In this document: piece by piece, positions 34,939 through 52,020 of the stretch
Layout of the letters: the number at the start of each line of letters is the position of its first letter
Position numbering within the stretch: position 1 is the first letter of the stretch
Assembly (NCBI GenBank): GCA_044892525.1
Contig: CM097885.1
Span: 1,552,001-1,616,000 of the forward strand
Length of the DNA stretch: 64,000 nt
Reading direction: 5' to 3'
Source of the DNA: Schmidtea polychroa
Lineage: Eukaryota
The notes under the pieces: model-generated
Told to the model about the DNA's origin: nothing
The model's input: the letters and a program-made list of their open reading frames with translations, nothing else
The model's database searches: none
Translations under genes and position numbers: made by a program

Positions 34939-36074
34939 GATTATTGATTATTATTATTATTATTATTGATTATTATTATTATTATTATTATTGATTATTA
35001 TTATTATTGATTATTATTGATTATTATTATTATTGATTATTATTGATTATTATTATTATAGCTGTACGGTTGGCTGCCAAATATATCCAATCCAAGTGAC
35101 AGTACAGAGGGTCTCATATATTGCACTGGAAGCGTAAGTTCATTTGTATTTATTTATTCTTTATCCTGTCCATCTCGACTGACCTTAAATGTTTGTTTTT
35201 ATTAGTTCTTTTGTTTTTTTAATATCATTTTGTAATGTTGCTTGATTCTGAGCTTGCAGAAGCTCTGATGGTCATCATTGGACGTGATGCATACCATTGT
35301 TACACTTGTGACCTTTTGTTTTAATGTGAGAAGAAAACGGTTGATGCTCATTGGCTGATTGTGACAAGCTCTTAGTTGAACTTTATAATGATTTGAAATG
35401 TTGCTAACCTATTTATATATTTAGAATGCCGCAGATACCACCAAAATCGGAACAATTAAATACTTTCCAACACAAAATGTCAAGGGTATTGACTAGTGAG
35501 TCATTTATGATTTGCCTTTCCTAACTTTTCATTCAGTCAAATCTCCTAATCAGTAGTTGCAAGGGTTCTCCTTGTTATCCTTTCATTATTGCCCAATTGC
35601 CATTAGGACCGAGTTATTCAACGGATGCGAGAGATTCACGGCAGGAGGGGGGGGGGTGTAGGGCAGGATGAAAGCATCAAATACAAATATGAAATTTGAC
35701 TGTGAAATACTAGGGGGAAATGTTATCTGTGGTATTGATTGCAGGGTACTTGCTGAGGGGGTGGCGCAGGAGCTGGGAGGGAGGGAAGGAGGATTATGGG
35801 GGGAGGGGGGCAGATCTCGGAATGCGCCTTGGCACTGCTGAAATCAATAATAGAGAACTATTAAATGAGAATTATTAATATCTAATTTAGTGGCATAATC
35901 CGTAATGCTTATTTCCCATTCCTGAATCAAGATTCATATCTCAGTCCAATCGCAGCGGTATTCCTAACAAATATGACGAGAGAAACGTCCCTGAATCTCG
36001 TATGCAACTTGATCAACGTCATCAATATGGCATCCAACTCAATGACGATAGCCATCAAACTTTCCACTACCTAA
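33868..36074 (+). CDS. X,K-ATPase (Na,K/H,K) beta subunit, 6 exons, ~299 aa
   Basis: Exons 33868-34018, 34068-34211, 34261-34538, 35062-35133, 35425-35495, 35891-36074 (900 nt in frame). FYDKKEGTFCGRTPKDW, single TM with LFYAVLAGYF, PGFSYRP, six Cys placed for the three family disulfides, CIYWHINNLYGWLP, YFPFLNQDSYLSPIAAV. Confidence 0.92.
34783..35060. repeat. (ATT)n/(ATTG) intronic microsatellite
   Basis: Directly visible. Confidence 0.9.
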
Positions 36075-36249
36075 CTTCATATGAAGAACAGAACGAACAT
36101 TTTATATAAATCTATACTTTCATAGGTTAAAGTTATTCTTTGAGACATTCTTCTCAATTAATTTTGATTATTGAGAATAAATTAATTCAACGATTTCGTG
36201 TAAGCAATTTGTTGACTTCCAGGGGCCCACCGGTTCTGTTGTAATATTT

Positions 36250-37050
36250 ATTTATTATATCAATTATTATATCAATTATTATATCAATTTATTATATCAA
36301 TTTATTATATCAATTTATTATATCAATTTATTATATCAATTATTATATCAATTTATTATATCAATTTATTATATCAATTTATTATATCAATTTATTATAT
36401 CAATTTATTGAATTAATTTATTATATCAATTTATTATATTAATTTATTATATCAATTTATTATATCAATTTATTGAATTAATTTATTATATCAATTTATT
36501 ATATCAATTTATTATATTAATTTATTATATCAATTTATTATATCAATTTATTATATCAATTTATTGAATTAATTTATTATATTAATTTATTATATCAATT
36601 TATTATATCAATTTATTGAATTAATTTATTATATCAATTTATTATATCAATTTATTGAATTAATTTATTATATCAATTTATTATATCAATTTATTATATC
36701 AATTTATTATATCAATTTATTGAATTAATTTATTATATCAATTTATTATATCAATTTATTATATCAATTTATTATATCAATTTATTATATCAATTTATTA
36801 TATCAATTTATTATATCAATTTATTATATTAATTTATTATATCAATTTATTATATCAATTTATTGAATTAATTTATTATATCAATTTATTATATCAATTT
36901 ATTATATCAATTTATTATATCAATTTATTATATCAATTTATTATATCAATTTATTATATTAATTTATTATATCAATTTATTATATCAATTTATTGAATTA
37001 ATTTAATATATCAATTTATTATATCAATTTATTATATCAATTTATTATAT
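36250..37050. repeat. 13-bp minisatellite (TTTATTATATCAA)
   Basis: Directly visible, about 60 units. Confidence 0.95.
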
Positions 37051-37696
37051 TACTTATTTATATTAAGATTGTAGAAATTGTATATCAGTGTCGCTTGGTG
37101 TACTAGGCTCACAAGACCTTGGCTTAAGGCGGCACATTTCAAGCGGCAATATGGCATGTTGTTACTTATACAAGGAAGAAAATTTAAGAATTATTTAAAG
37201 TAAATGGATGGTAAATCACGAAAATATATATTCATGGTTTCTATGGTAATGTGCTTCAATGTTTCTAAATTAAATGTAAGTCACTTCATAATGTAGCATA
37301 TTCCTTATATTATGAAACATAGACAAACTTACATTATAGAATTAAATTAAACACGCGAAAAGACTGAATAAGAACATAACAAATAAAAATGTAGCTACAC
37401 TCCACAAAAAATATTTTTAATTTTGTAGGTCAAATCATTTAAACACTTTGAATGCCGTTCGAATCGTATACGATGCACAATACATATGTTTCTCGCATTG
37501 CGGCATTCAGCATATAAATCCATAAATAAATTTGTACATGCTTAAGTTCAAAAATCTCCGAAAATAAAGTTACCAAAATTTCCCAAAATTAAAAATCCAA
37601 AATTGAACAATTCCAAGTCACAGAAAAATTGCAAATTTCTATGAAATAATTTTCCAAGGTAATTTTTAATGCAAATGTCAATGAAATTAATTTTTG

Positions 37697-37744
<48 letters not shown>

Positions 37745-37985
37745 TAATTATTGAACCAACAACCAGTAACTTACAACTAAGTATTTACAATCAGGCAGGC
37801 ACGGCTGGTGGTTTGAAATTGTGGGGGTGCAGCTCGTTTTATGTAGATATATAAAGAGTCATTTTTGAAACCTCGCCACCAAGTGGCCACTTGCATAGGT
37901 AGCCAAACTTATAACTATTGTATGGAAACACTAACAAAAAATTGAAAAATGGAATAAGAACAGAGAAACTGTGCTGTAGACAGTA

Positions 37986-40251
37986 CCGTATTTTCGCGCA
38001 TAACCCGCACACGCGTATACCCTGCACAAATTACAAAATAAGTAAAAACAAAATCGTACGACCCGCACCCTTATATACCCCGCATGTGCAAAGTGAGACT
38101 TGCCGCAAACTACCAGTACATAAGGTTGTTGCTTATCAGACGTCTGTCCCTCGAGACGCAATCGTGCTGCAGTTGTTGTTCCAACAAGCGATACATGGAG
38201 TGCAACACGCGTGTGAAATACGATACGAGCCTACGTCGTATCTGTAGTATGTTGTTTTGACAGAAAGTCGTTGACCTAGTTATCTGGTGATGGCATGAGA
38301 AAGATTTGCTGCAGCAGCTGAGCTGGGCCCTACGATCGGCCTGATTGTGCATCGGCTGGTGCTCGGCCTTATTGTGTAGGCTATTAATTCCTGGGGTAAT
38401 CAGCAGCACGGGTATTCTTGTAGTTTGAACTTCGTAGCGTATAGTGTGCAGCACGTGCAATTAAAGTGTATAAAAAAAGTGTATAAATTCTAATCAGTAC
38501 TCAGTAAAGTCTTTTAAGCCTAAAAATGCCAAAGCGTAATTCATATACAGCCGATTTTAAGCTGCAAGTTTGTGCAGTTGCTGCTACAAAGGGCAATAGA
38601 GCTGCTGGAAGACAGTATGACGTTGATGAAAAGTCAGTTCGCGAATGGCGAAAAGACATTGAAAGTCTACAGCAAATTAATCCCCGCAAAAGAGCTCGTC
38701 GAGGGTGAAAGGTTAGATGGCCATAGCTGGAGACAAACCTCGCAGCATGGGTTCGCTCTCAGCGTGAAAACAACAGGGCAGTGTCAACTGTTGGTATCAA
38801 ACTGAAGGCGAAAATAATGGCTGCTGAAATGAAGATGGATAATTTCACTGGTAGCAACAACTGGGTATTTAAATTCATGACACGTAATCAGCTGTCGGTT
38901 CGTGCACGGACAACTGTTGGCCAGAAACTGCCAGAGAATTGGGAAGTGAAAGTTAACGACTTCCAGGAATTTGTTAGAAAGGATATCGTTGAACAGAATT
39001 TAAATCCTTCTGCTGTCTATAATATGAATGAGGTACCCATGTCTTTTGATATTCCGGCAACTCGCACTGTAGCGGAAAGTGGTTGTAAAACGGTTTCTAT
39101 TACCACAACTGGACATGAACGCACCTGCTTCACGGTTGTCCTGGCGTGCTCAGCTGCCGGTGAGAAGTTGAAACCATTGATTATATTCAAAAGAGTGACA
39201 ATGCCACGTGAGAAACTGCCTCAGGGAGCAATCGTACTGTGCAACAAAAAAGGATGGATGAACACGGACGTGATGAAAGAGTGGACTGAACGATGCTTTC
39301 GTGCTAGACAGGGTGGATTCTTTCTGCCAAAGTCGTTGTTGATTTTTGATGCAATGGCTGCACACAAAGAGCCGTCTGTTCACAAACAGATCAATAAGAC
39401 CGGTGCGCACATTGCTGTCATTCCGGGTGGCTTAACATGTAAGCTTCAGCCACTTGACATCGCTGTTAATCATCCATTCAAGTGTTTTGTCCGCAACGAA
39501 TGGGAGAAATGGATGAGTGAAGGAGAACACACATTCACACCATCAAGAAAGCAGAGACGTGCTACGTACATTGAAGTATGCAAATGGGTTCTGGCAGCGT
39601 GGCAGCAAATCAGCACTGAAACTATTCGCAATGGTTTCAAGAAGGCTGGCCTGCTAACAGTTAGTGAAGCTAATTCAGAGCCAGCAGTAGAGGGCAGCTT
39701 CATTTCGGCCGACAATGTGAACGCTGATACTGACGATGATGATAGTGATGAAGAGTCGATTTATGACCCAACTGCTGTTGCCAACATGCTTCGCTTATTT
39801 GAAGAAGACAGTGAATATGATACGAGTTTCGATGGCTTCACTAACTATAGCGAGGACAGTGACATTAGTGAGACTGGCGATTGATTGCGGCTGTATTGCA
39901 TGCATTGTAGTCTATACGTTTCGACACTACTGGTATCGGAAAATTAGTTTAGTTGCTTACCTACATGTTACATTTGATTACTTGTATATTAAAGATTCTC
40001 TGCCGCATCGGTACTATTTGTTTTCTTGAGGTTTATAATGAGATGTTCATAAAGCTTTCCAGTGTACATTTCACAACCACACAGCGAACTATAGGAGGTA
40101 TAAAGACCCACCGGTATGTCCATAGTTTCCGTTATGCTATGTTTATGAGTAAAATAAATTTTGTAAACCCCGCACCTTTGTATACCCCGCACAGCTGCCA
40201 TTCGTTTGGAAAAACATGTATAACCCGCGGGTTATATGTGCGAAAATACGG
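37986..40251 (+). mobile_element. Full-length pogo-superfamily (DD35D, POGK/Passer-like) DNA transposon with inactivated transposase (38526-39884)
   Basis: TIRs CCGTATTTTCGCGCATAACCCGC / CCGTATTTTCGCACATATAACCCGC, TA duplication within a CAGTACTG site. Brinker-type DNA-binding domain (MPKRNSYTADFKLQV...VREWRK), CENP-B-type HTH, catalytic motifs NM(N)EVP / LIFDAMAAH / LQPLD with 35 residues between the last two Asp. In-frame stops at 38706 and 38724. Confidence 0.93.
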
Positions 40252-41739
40252 TACTGATTTGCTATAAAATTCTGTGCCTGAATATACTTACATATACGAT
40301 ACTATATGCAAATGCATATCTGTATTGCAATACTCAACATATCTAACACAAAGTAAAACTCTTCTCTCCGCTGTGCCGTTTTGAGAGAATCGTATGGATA
40401 TGCGTGTGCATATTTATTCGACAGTGGCACATGATCATTGCAATACTCAATATAGCAAGCGCAAATGCCTTAAAATACGGTGGTGAACCTGTTCTGGTGA
40501 CAGTGACGCTTTGTAATAAGAATTGTTATCTTCTACTCTGCGGCGTGAGCGTGAATATATGAGTTGGTCATGCACATTCCAGAAACATCATAACTCTCCT
40601 TTCTGACATCTGAGTGACATCTGAGCAAAAGTCGAGAGAACAACCAAAAAATGAAAGACAAAATCCTCAGTGAATAAAGGGTTGAGAATTTCTCCCTTTA
40701 TGCCATAACCGGCCAGCCTGTAATTGAATAATAAAACTTTGATTTTTTATGTAATTCAAAATTACATGTTTCGATTTGGGGGGGGGTGCTGCAATTCCCC
40801 AGTGCTTGTGCACGAGCCACGCCAAAATACAACGTTATTGATTGACAATTATTCTGATAAAGGAGTATTTAATCCACAAATGACCATTTTATTATATATC
40901 AAACCATGAATAGTATTTGTACCTTGAATGAGAAATATAGACAAGGTCTTTTTCTATTAATGAATTTTGCTAAGTCCTTTAAGTAATTTATTATATTGTC
41001 TAATTCCTTCAAAATTATTAGAATGTAACGTAGTAATATTCAAAATATTTGTTTTCTATAAAATACAATTAAAATTAAATTATCAATTAAATATTTTACA
41101 CTAATGTTTTTAATTTTAAAATCTCAAATAATAAAAATCTCCATATTAGAATTCTCATCCATTACAACATTAATATTTGTTTGCAAATCACTAAATAATT
41201 CCATAAATTTTATTCAATAAATTTTACACTCAAAAACTTGTATTTCTTATTTTTGTTATTTAAACAAATTTAAAACGAGGCATAAAAAATACAATTTCAT
41301 TTAGAAATAGATTTAAAAAGTCGACATTTAAATTTTAAATTGTAAAATTTATAACGTGTTCATAGTTAAAAGATATATTAAAAGGAATAATTGTAATTTA
41401 ATTATTCCGCCTCCTCACTGCTATATTTTAATTCAACCAATTTTTTTCTTTTTGGTTGGCTCGAAATCGCTACTATCATCGGATTCAAATCCAGCAGCGT
41501 GCTTTTCTTCGCGTCTTATTAAATAGTCTGTAACCAATTTTTGTGTTTTGTTTTTTTTTAATCTTTGTAAATTTCACTGTATTGCGCGCAAAGGGTTTTA
41601 TGACCGCGTAAATGGGTGCCGCGTAATTCAGGGATTAGTGTAATTCATTAATAAAAGAATTAATTTTTATAGTAATTTGTTATTACTAAAATTAGATTTA
41701 TATTGAATTAATATTATTTATTTTATATATAAAGTCAAA

Positions 41740-42565
41740 CGTTAGACTGGCCAAGAGGCAACGCGACGCATTTCCAAGTGAAATTAAAGAGTGCTTAATA
41801 AATATTGAGTTCACCTATAAATATTGAAATATCAGGGGATTAGAAAGAGATTAGAGAGAGAAAGAACCAGAAGTTTATTGAGAATAAGATTGACAACAGT
41901 GATCTAGAAAACTTTGGAAATAAATTGGGCAGATTGAGATTTGAAAAAAGTTATTGCATGAGATTTAAATCAATTCGAAAGATATTAGCATTTTATATAA
42001 GTTAATTTACCTGATTGTTGTATAAGCTTTACCGATTTTCATTCAACAGAAAATTGTTATCAATTTAATATTGATTAAACCGTTTGGAACAGTTGCTTGG
42101 GACTGGTCGTAAATTTAGAGCGGCGGATAGGGACAACAGTTCTATTAGTGAAACTTCTTTGTCGAGTTTTTCTTTTGCAAATTTAATATCTGCGAGAGTA
42201 TATTGATAGGAAATGTTGTTATCAATTCTTGGTAGCAAGTGATCGCGTAAAATTTGGAAATCCCTCATTTTTTAAGTTTCACTTTCGCACGAGGCTGTAG
42301 ATAAATTAGAATCCAGCTGTCGCCATCTTAGAAATACCCGAGGATGGTTGGACAGAACCAATATCTTTACGCTAGAGTTTTTAGCGGCTTTTTTGTGGTA
42401 ATTGTATTTGCCAGTGTTTTGTTATAAACTGTGTAAATCATATTTGTTTTACTTATAATTTAAATACATTTTATTATTGAATTCGAGTTGTTTTCTTTAC
42501 TTAAATTCGCCGTATCTTTTGGAATCAAATAGTGTTAATTGTTTACCAAGCCAATGACCCTAACA
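41740..42565 (+). mobile_element. Possible solo or degenerate LTR
   Basis: Termini CGTTAG...CTAACA, TATA-like CCTATAAATA near 41815, and a taaatacatttt motif shared with the LTR at 59684. No clean target-site duplication. Confidence 0.4.
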
Positions 42566-42606
42566 TAAATGGGGATCGACATCTACATTAATACTGAGTT
42601 GCCGTC

Positions 42607-43800
42607 CATGGGCGTCCGCAAGTTGGGGGGGGGGGCAAAAGGGGGCACTTGCCCCCTGGATTTTCCAAACCATTCTATTATTCTATTCTATTTCTATTTC
42701 TATTAATTTAAACATATTTTAATAGACGCGCTCAAACAATGTTGGAAAACCCAAGACAAAAAAAAATTAATAAGAAAATTTAATTTAAAGAGGCTTCCTG
42801 TTTGTTTATAAAGTAAAACACTGTTTTTATTTATTTCACTCAAATATTGATTTATAAATAAATTGATTAATAATGAAAATAATAAAGGAACTTATCGACA
42901 AATTGTAAAGCTTAATAATTATCAATAAATCTTTTATTTTCTTATTTACTGATTGATTATTTTGAAATTCAAATTATGTATCTTCATTTTCGACTATAGA
43001 TCAATATTTTTTTTCATTTTTTTGCATTTTTTGAAGTGTTTGTCGAACAATATTATTTTACTTGAGAAAATAAAGATGAAAGGTTTGTGAGTTTTGAACA
43101 TGCCGAACAGTTTTTTAAGACCATTATTTCCCAAAATGAGAAATTGGCAGAAGAATTGAACATCTAGTTGCCAATTCCCAGACAATGTAAGAGGCAAACA
43201 CACCGTTCAAATAATGGTGGTTCAACTGTTGAAGAATACTTTCGATGATCTGTCTTTATACCATACTTGGATTCAATCATCTCATCGTGGGAGAGCAGAT
43301 TCAATGACAAAAACAAAATCAATTTTAGTCTATTTTCACTTCACCAAGTGGAAATGTTGAAACTTTCAAAAGATGAATTCAAAACTCACACAGAAAACAT
43401 CATAATGGAGTATCAAATTGAAAACTTTGATGCTGAGGCAAGCACATGGTTTGAGATGTGGTCAAATAAAAAGTCGGATTTTGAAATCATAAGTCACGAT
43501 GGGATGATGGATTTATTACAATTCACAGACCTTTTTCCAGCTATTAAGAAAGCAGTTCTTATTGCTTTAAAATTGCCAGTGCCAACTTGCACGGTTGAAA
43601 GATCATTTAGCACACTGAGAAGAGTCAAAAAGTGGCTAAGGTCAACAATGTGTGAAAATAGACTTTCTAGAATTTGCATGATGAGTGTTCATCGTGACAG
43701 AATCAATGACAATAAATAAAGCGAAAAGTAATGGACAAAGAGATCAACAAATTTGGTCAAGATCACAGACGTTTGAAGTTTCTTTTCAAAAAGTAATATT
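42607..43800 (+). mobile_element. hAT transposon remnant (PRKRIR/THAP12-like transposase C-terminus)
   Basis: Left end CATGGGCGTCCGCAAG followed by a G-rich tract; PRQCKRQTHRSN..VEEYFR*SVFIPYLDSIISSWESRF and LPVPTCTVERSFSTLRRVKKWLRSTMCENRL (hAT dimerisation domain). Confidence 0.85.
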
Positions 43801-44989
43801 TATGAATAAATCTGTAATTTTGTTTTATAATTGAATAAATATTTATGGAAAATATACAACAAAGAACTTTTTTTATGTTTTTTGATTCTGTTAATTCCTA
43901 AAATCACATTAATGTTTCAACGATAAAAATGACTTTAATTGAAATCATCAATATACTATTATTAATCTGATTGTATATAGTAACAATTTTCTTTTCGTAA
44001 ATGAGCATAACAAGAATTTAAATGATAGGGTTAGGGAGTGTATATCGTTGTACTTGCAAAGAAGAACATTAAAATGAGTTAAATTTTTTCTTTTTTTATA
44101 GTGTGATTTATATTTTTCTTATATTACGGAAGGTGAATCTCAATGGAGTTTGGTATATTAAATATTCGGATATATCCATTTATACTATTTTGTTGTATTG
44201 CGTAACTTTCCCCCCCCCCATATGCCTACAAGCAATATAAAATATTGGCTGACATTGTCACATATGGGACTATTTTGTCGGTACAGTTACATTTGCTATT
44301 CAGATGGCTCATGAAATACGCAGAGTCAGGATTTCTAGGCTAAGCACCTTTTGCCTTCCTATGCGACAGACTATATATTCGGGTCATATTAGAAAATTTG
44401 AAGACTTTAAAAAATAAATGCAAAGCGTTTAATATAAATTTCTATAAAGATATTAGTAAGCGAACAGTTTGTCATGCCAACGTTACCGACTCGTTATTAC
44501 CAAACACCTGCAGGGAGGGGGGGGGGGGGTCAGAAGACTAGAATATTTCATTATTCAAATTGTCAAGGAAACTCCAAATTAGAATCAAAACAAATTACAA
44601 CTTTTTATTTATCATTTTGTTTAAATTTCCCGCATGTAAGGGCGAGCGCAATTTGATATAACGAAATGAAATCTCTGGAAAATAATCTCGAAATGAATAC
44701 TAGAAATGCATTTTTACAAATCCAACAGATAGTGAGGACGGCTGCTTCTGCTTTATAATACAATCTGAGGAATCCTGAACAGTGAGAGAGGAAATAAAAT
44801 GTCTTTTATGCGTCAGTGAGTTATCCGCTGAGTGAGTTCGCGTTTCTCTGATGAAATGTTGAGCCAGCTCGTGAGATGTCTTGGAGTCTGAGGCGTTCAA
44901 TTACTAGCTGCTATTAACAAGTGAGCAGAGCACGCCACTCGGCGCACAACAGACAAATCACTGGAAAACTGTCAGCAGGTTCCGCAACT

Positions 44990-46993
<2,004 letters not shown>

Positions 46994-47288
46994 TTCGAAT
47001 CTTGAAAATCTTTTGTGAAAAATTTAATTTCCCTTAAAACAAGTCACTTCGATCTTGAAATCAAGCGCTCAACTGATATGGGAAAAGATTTATTCTTCTT
47101 ATATCTTCCACAGCAACCTGATTGGTCAGAATTGGTTGATGACAGTTTGTAAGCAGTGTACAGATGGCAGAAGCGCACAGCAAAATGTAATTTTGAGTAA
47201 TTTGATTGGTTAATTTCTTTGATGGAAATTCTCCCTTTGTTAGTATACTCGATGAGCCTGATTGCATATACCGAGGCAATTATAATTA

Positions 47289-47369
<81 letters not shown>

Positions 47370-47952
47370 CTTTAGCATCATTACATTGTGCATAATAAAT
47401 ATATATATATATATATATATATGTAAATATAATAAAAAACTAATAGAAAAAAATAATTAGAATATTTAATTAGTTGCGCGTTAAATATCAATCACAAATG
47501 ATGCATTTGTTGCATGAAAATGTGCACCATCTTCACTGAAAGTAGCCTTTCATCTGGTTCTGCTCCAGTGGCTTGCAACTCCTTGGAATGATCTCAATAT
47601 TTGACTCTTTCATTTCCACCGCTGGGAGAAAAAAGAATTTTGGGTCATAAACTAGTTCTGATCTGGGTGGATGGAAACCATTTCGTTGTATCAATAATTT
47701 CTATGGCAGCTTGATTGTAAGTTGTGGAAGCACGTTGTCAAAGCACAGATGCCGCCCGGAATAAACCTTGAATTCGACGCGACCAAGCTTGAAACATTTC
47801 TTTTTTGCGTTTGTGCCGTCCTTTCCAAGACAAATCCTCGCTCCGGTGAATTTGTCATTGTATCAATCTGAGAATCGAAATTCAAAATTGCTACATTTTT
47901 TCTGAAAAAATTCAACTTCTTGAATTGTGGAGTTTAAAGATCGCAATTAATG

Positions 47953-48286
<334 letters not shown>

Positions 48287-49722
48287 AATTGATAATAGGG
48301 CTGGCCGGACCCGGTGGTGATTCAATCGGACTGGCTTAAGCGGCATCTGTGTGATGAGCGGCGAGGACAATGATAATAATGGCAACGACAAGGACAAATG
48401 AGACCAGCAACGGAATATGATGATAATGATAATGATAATGATGATTATAATATAAATATAAATAGTAATAATAATAATAAAAATATTAATTCATACCCAT
48501 AATTATTCACCACTAGCCATAGTCATATCCATACAATGCTGACAACCTCCCTCTCCCCCTCCCCTACCGAAGACAGCTATTCTTCTACAAACAAATGTTG
48601 CAATATCAAGAAATTATTATTATTAATATTATAATAATAATTATAATAATTATTATTATTATTATTATCGTCATTTTATTCCTGTAATTATAATAATTTC
48701 TTATTTCACAAAAGATATAATAATAATAGTCCTAGAACAATACATCTCCAAAAATGCTTCCTCATGGGAGCAGTAATCGTAGTAGAATAGTTGAACAACT
48801 ATCTATATTGTTATTCCTTCATTCACTCTCCATGTCTGCCACGGAATATCGTGATATATTCTTTATGTTTTCTCTGACATTATCACGTTGGTTGCCTGAA
48901 TTCTAGCAATCCTCCAGGTCTCCTTTACGCAGCTTCTCCGCTGCATTATCTCATGACTTCCCATCAACTAATTCTTCATTATCTTTCATCATAAACTCAT
49001 TTGTCCTTTTCATCATTTTTAATTACTTGAAATTACCTCTAAGAATTTCCCGGCAAATAGTTTTCCCAATGAATAATTTCTTGTTATTTTATTTGGGTTT
49101 TATTCATTTGCCATTGGTGGTACATAATCAGTTTCATTTGATGGGTTATGCCTACAATTTATACGGGCATTCCTTTCAATATATACTCTACAATTTATGT
49201 CGCTTTCTATCCACGCTTGAATGACCAAGAAGAGACATATGGTCAATTGAGTTTACACAGTCCTGCTATGCCAATTAAGGTTACGGGGGATCCTTGATTA
49301 GCATTTGACATGTAACGTATCCAATATTAAATGCTCAATATAATAAACGAAGGTATCAAATAGCTCAGGAAAATAAATAGGAAAATATAAATATGTCAAA
49401 AGATAAGAAATACTATTAGGAAGGTACATTGGAAATGCCCTTACATTTCCACTTTGATATATATTAATTTATCTGGCCGTTACCCATATAATATTATTAT
49501 AATAAATGAAATAAATATGGCAATGATTTAATTATTAAAAAGCGACATATATTGGATTGACTTGCTGCCATCTCTGTATTTGATTTCTTGATATGCACAA
49601 TAATAGCTGTAGGTGCAATATTGGCATGTCTCATTTCAATATTTTATTAGATATTTCTTATATCTATTGGGAACGTGTGATATGTGAAAGTTTGTTGATA
49701 AGATTATTGCATTTATATATTA

Positions 49723-49743
49723 TTGTTGTTGTCGTTGTTGTCG

Positions 49744-49790
<47 letters not shown>

Positions 49791-49811
49791 GGGTTTGTTG
49801 TTGTTGTTGTT
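49723..49811. repeat. (GTT)n microsatellite
   Basis: Directly visible. Confidence 0.9.
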
Positions 49812-50104
49812 TTCAACTGTATTGAATGGTTAATTTATTAAGATAATTAAATTTATCTTTATTTTTTTTAATTTTATTGATTGATTGCTAAAATTAAAAT
49901 ACGTATTAATAAAAAATCATTTGAAAAAATTTATAAATAAATTTTCGAAAAATAGTTAACTTAAAAAATAATTAGTTACTTAAATTGAGTTTGAAAATTT
50001 TTTACTTTTGCGATTTGTTTATTATTAATCGATAATATCTATTTGATGATGACAGGAAAACTTTTGAAATATATCGTAAAACTTTTGTTTGACTGACACT
50101 TTCT

Positions 50105-50342
<238 letters not shown>

Positions 50343-51483
50343 TAAATGATTAAATAATAATAATATTGAGATTTGTGAGTACGTTTGGGTTGCAACCAGA
50401 AAGGATGAATCCGATAATTAAGTTGGCTCTAAGAAGAGTGGAGAAATCCGTAGATATTTGTATGGAAGATAGGCCGCCCATGAAGCGTTGCAAAAGATCG
50501 CCATGTGTGAAATTGCAATTATCGTCGAACTGACGAGGCGAGCGAGCACCTTATCAGATCAAAAGGTCGTTTTGAAAAAACTTCCGCCCCTACTAAAGAA
50601 TCAATTTCTCAATATCCCTTCTTCTTACATGACTACTTCCGTTACTCGACACTAAATTAGATGAAATAAACAATAAAAGAGATTTTGAATCAGAGTCGTC
50701 TTTGAGATCTGCAATTTATTGAGGGAACGAACGGGAGAGCTCAGCATAACTGGGTGATGCTGGCTACTGCTGACATTGGGGATGTAAGACACAGCACTTA
50801 ACTTACTATGAAACAGCCTTTGAGACTTTCATTAGAACTGCAGCTTCAATCGCTACTGCTTTTATGCAGACACAATGGATGAGGCAGCGCGGGCCGGACT
50901 GAGGGCTCGGTTAATTGTTTCTTTGATTATTTAATTCATGTTCTCAAGTCAGCAATTATGTGTTTTGCATTTCCCTAATGAATGAAACTCGTGGTCATCG
51001 CCGCTGATAGAAATTTCCATCGCAGATTCTCTATGGCATTTATCACAGAGATGAGGATGTTCGTTTGTGGACATGCCTCGGTGCTACGGACAATGAGTCT
51101 CGTGTATCAGATGTATCAGAATTCTCTAACCCCTCCTGGCCGTCCATGACCATCTCGGCAAGAAACTTCTGTCCATTATTTCCCAACAAAGAAATCAATC
51201 TTGTGTCCCTAGCAAATGTAACAACCTGCTCAATGCCTATTATTAAGGGAAAAAGAATTTTTTTTCATGTAACAAAATCGAGATTCCCTTATTATAGAAT
51301 TGAGCTTCTTGGTTGAATTTGCATGGGAGAGATATTGCACAAAGGGTAGCGTTATTTCGATATTATTAACAATTATATTTTATATTTTATTATTTATAGG
51401 ACCTATATCTACCAGTGGATGCCAATAAGTGATTTTAATTTAATTAATTAATTATATTAATATATAATGATGACTATTATTAT

Positions 51484-52020
<537 letters not shown>

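Noticed and set aside
38706..38726. Stop-codon reassignment or readthrough in the pogo transposase and decayed gag
   Set aside because: Host genes in the window end normally with TAA or TGA and assemble without internal stops; these stops are single-transition lesions in dead elements.
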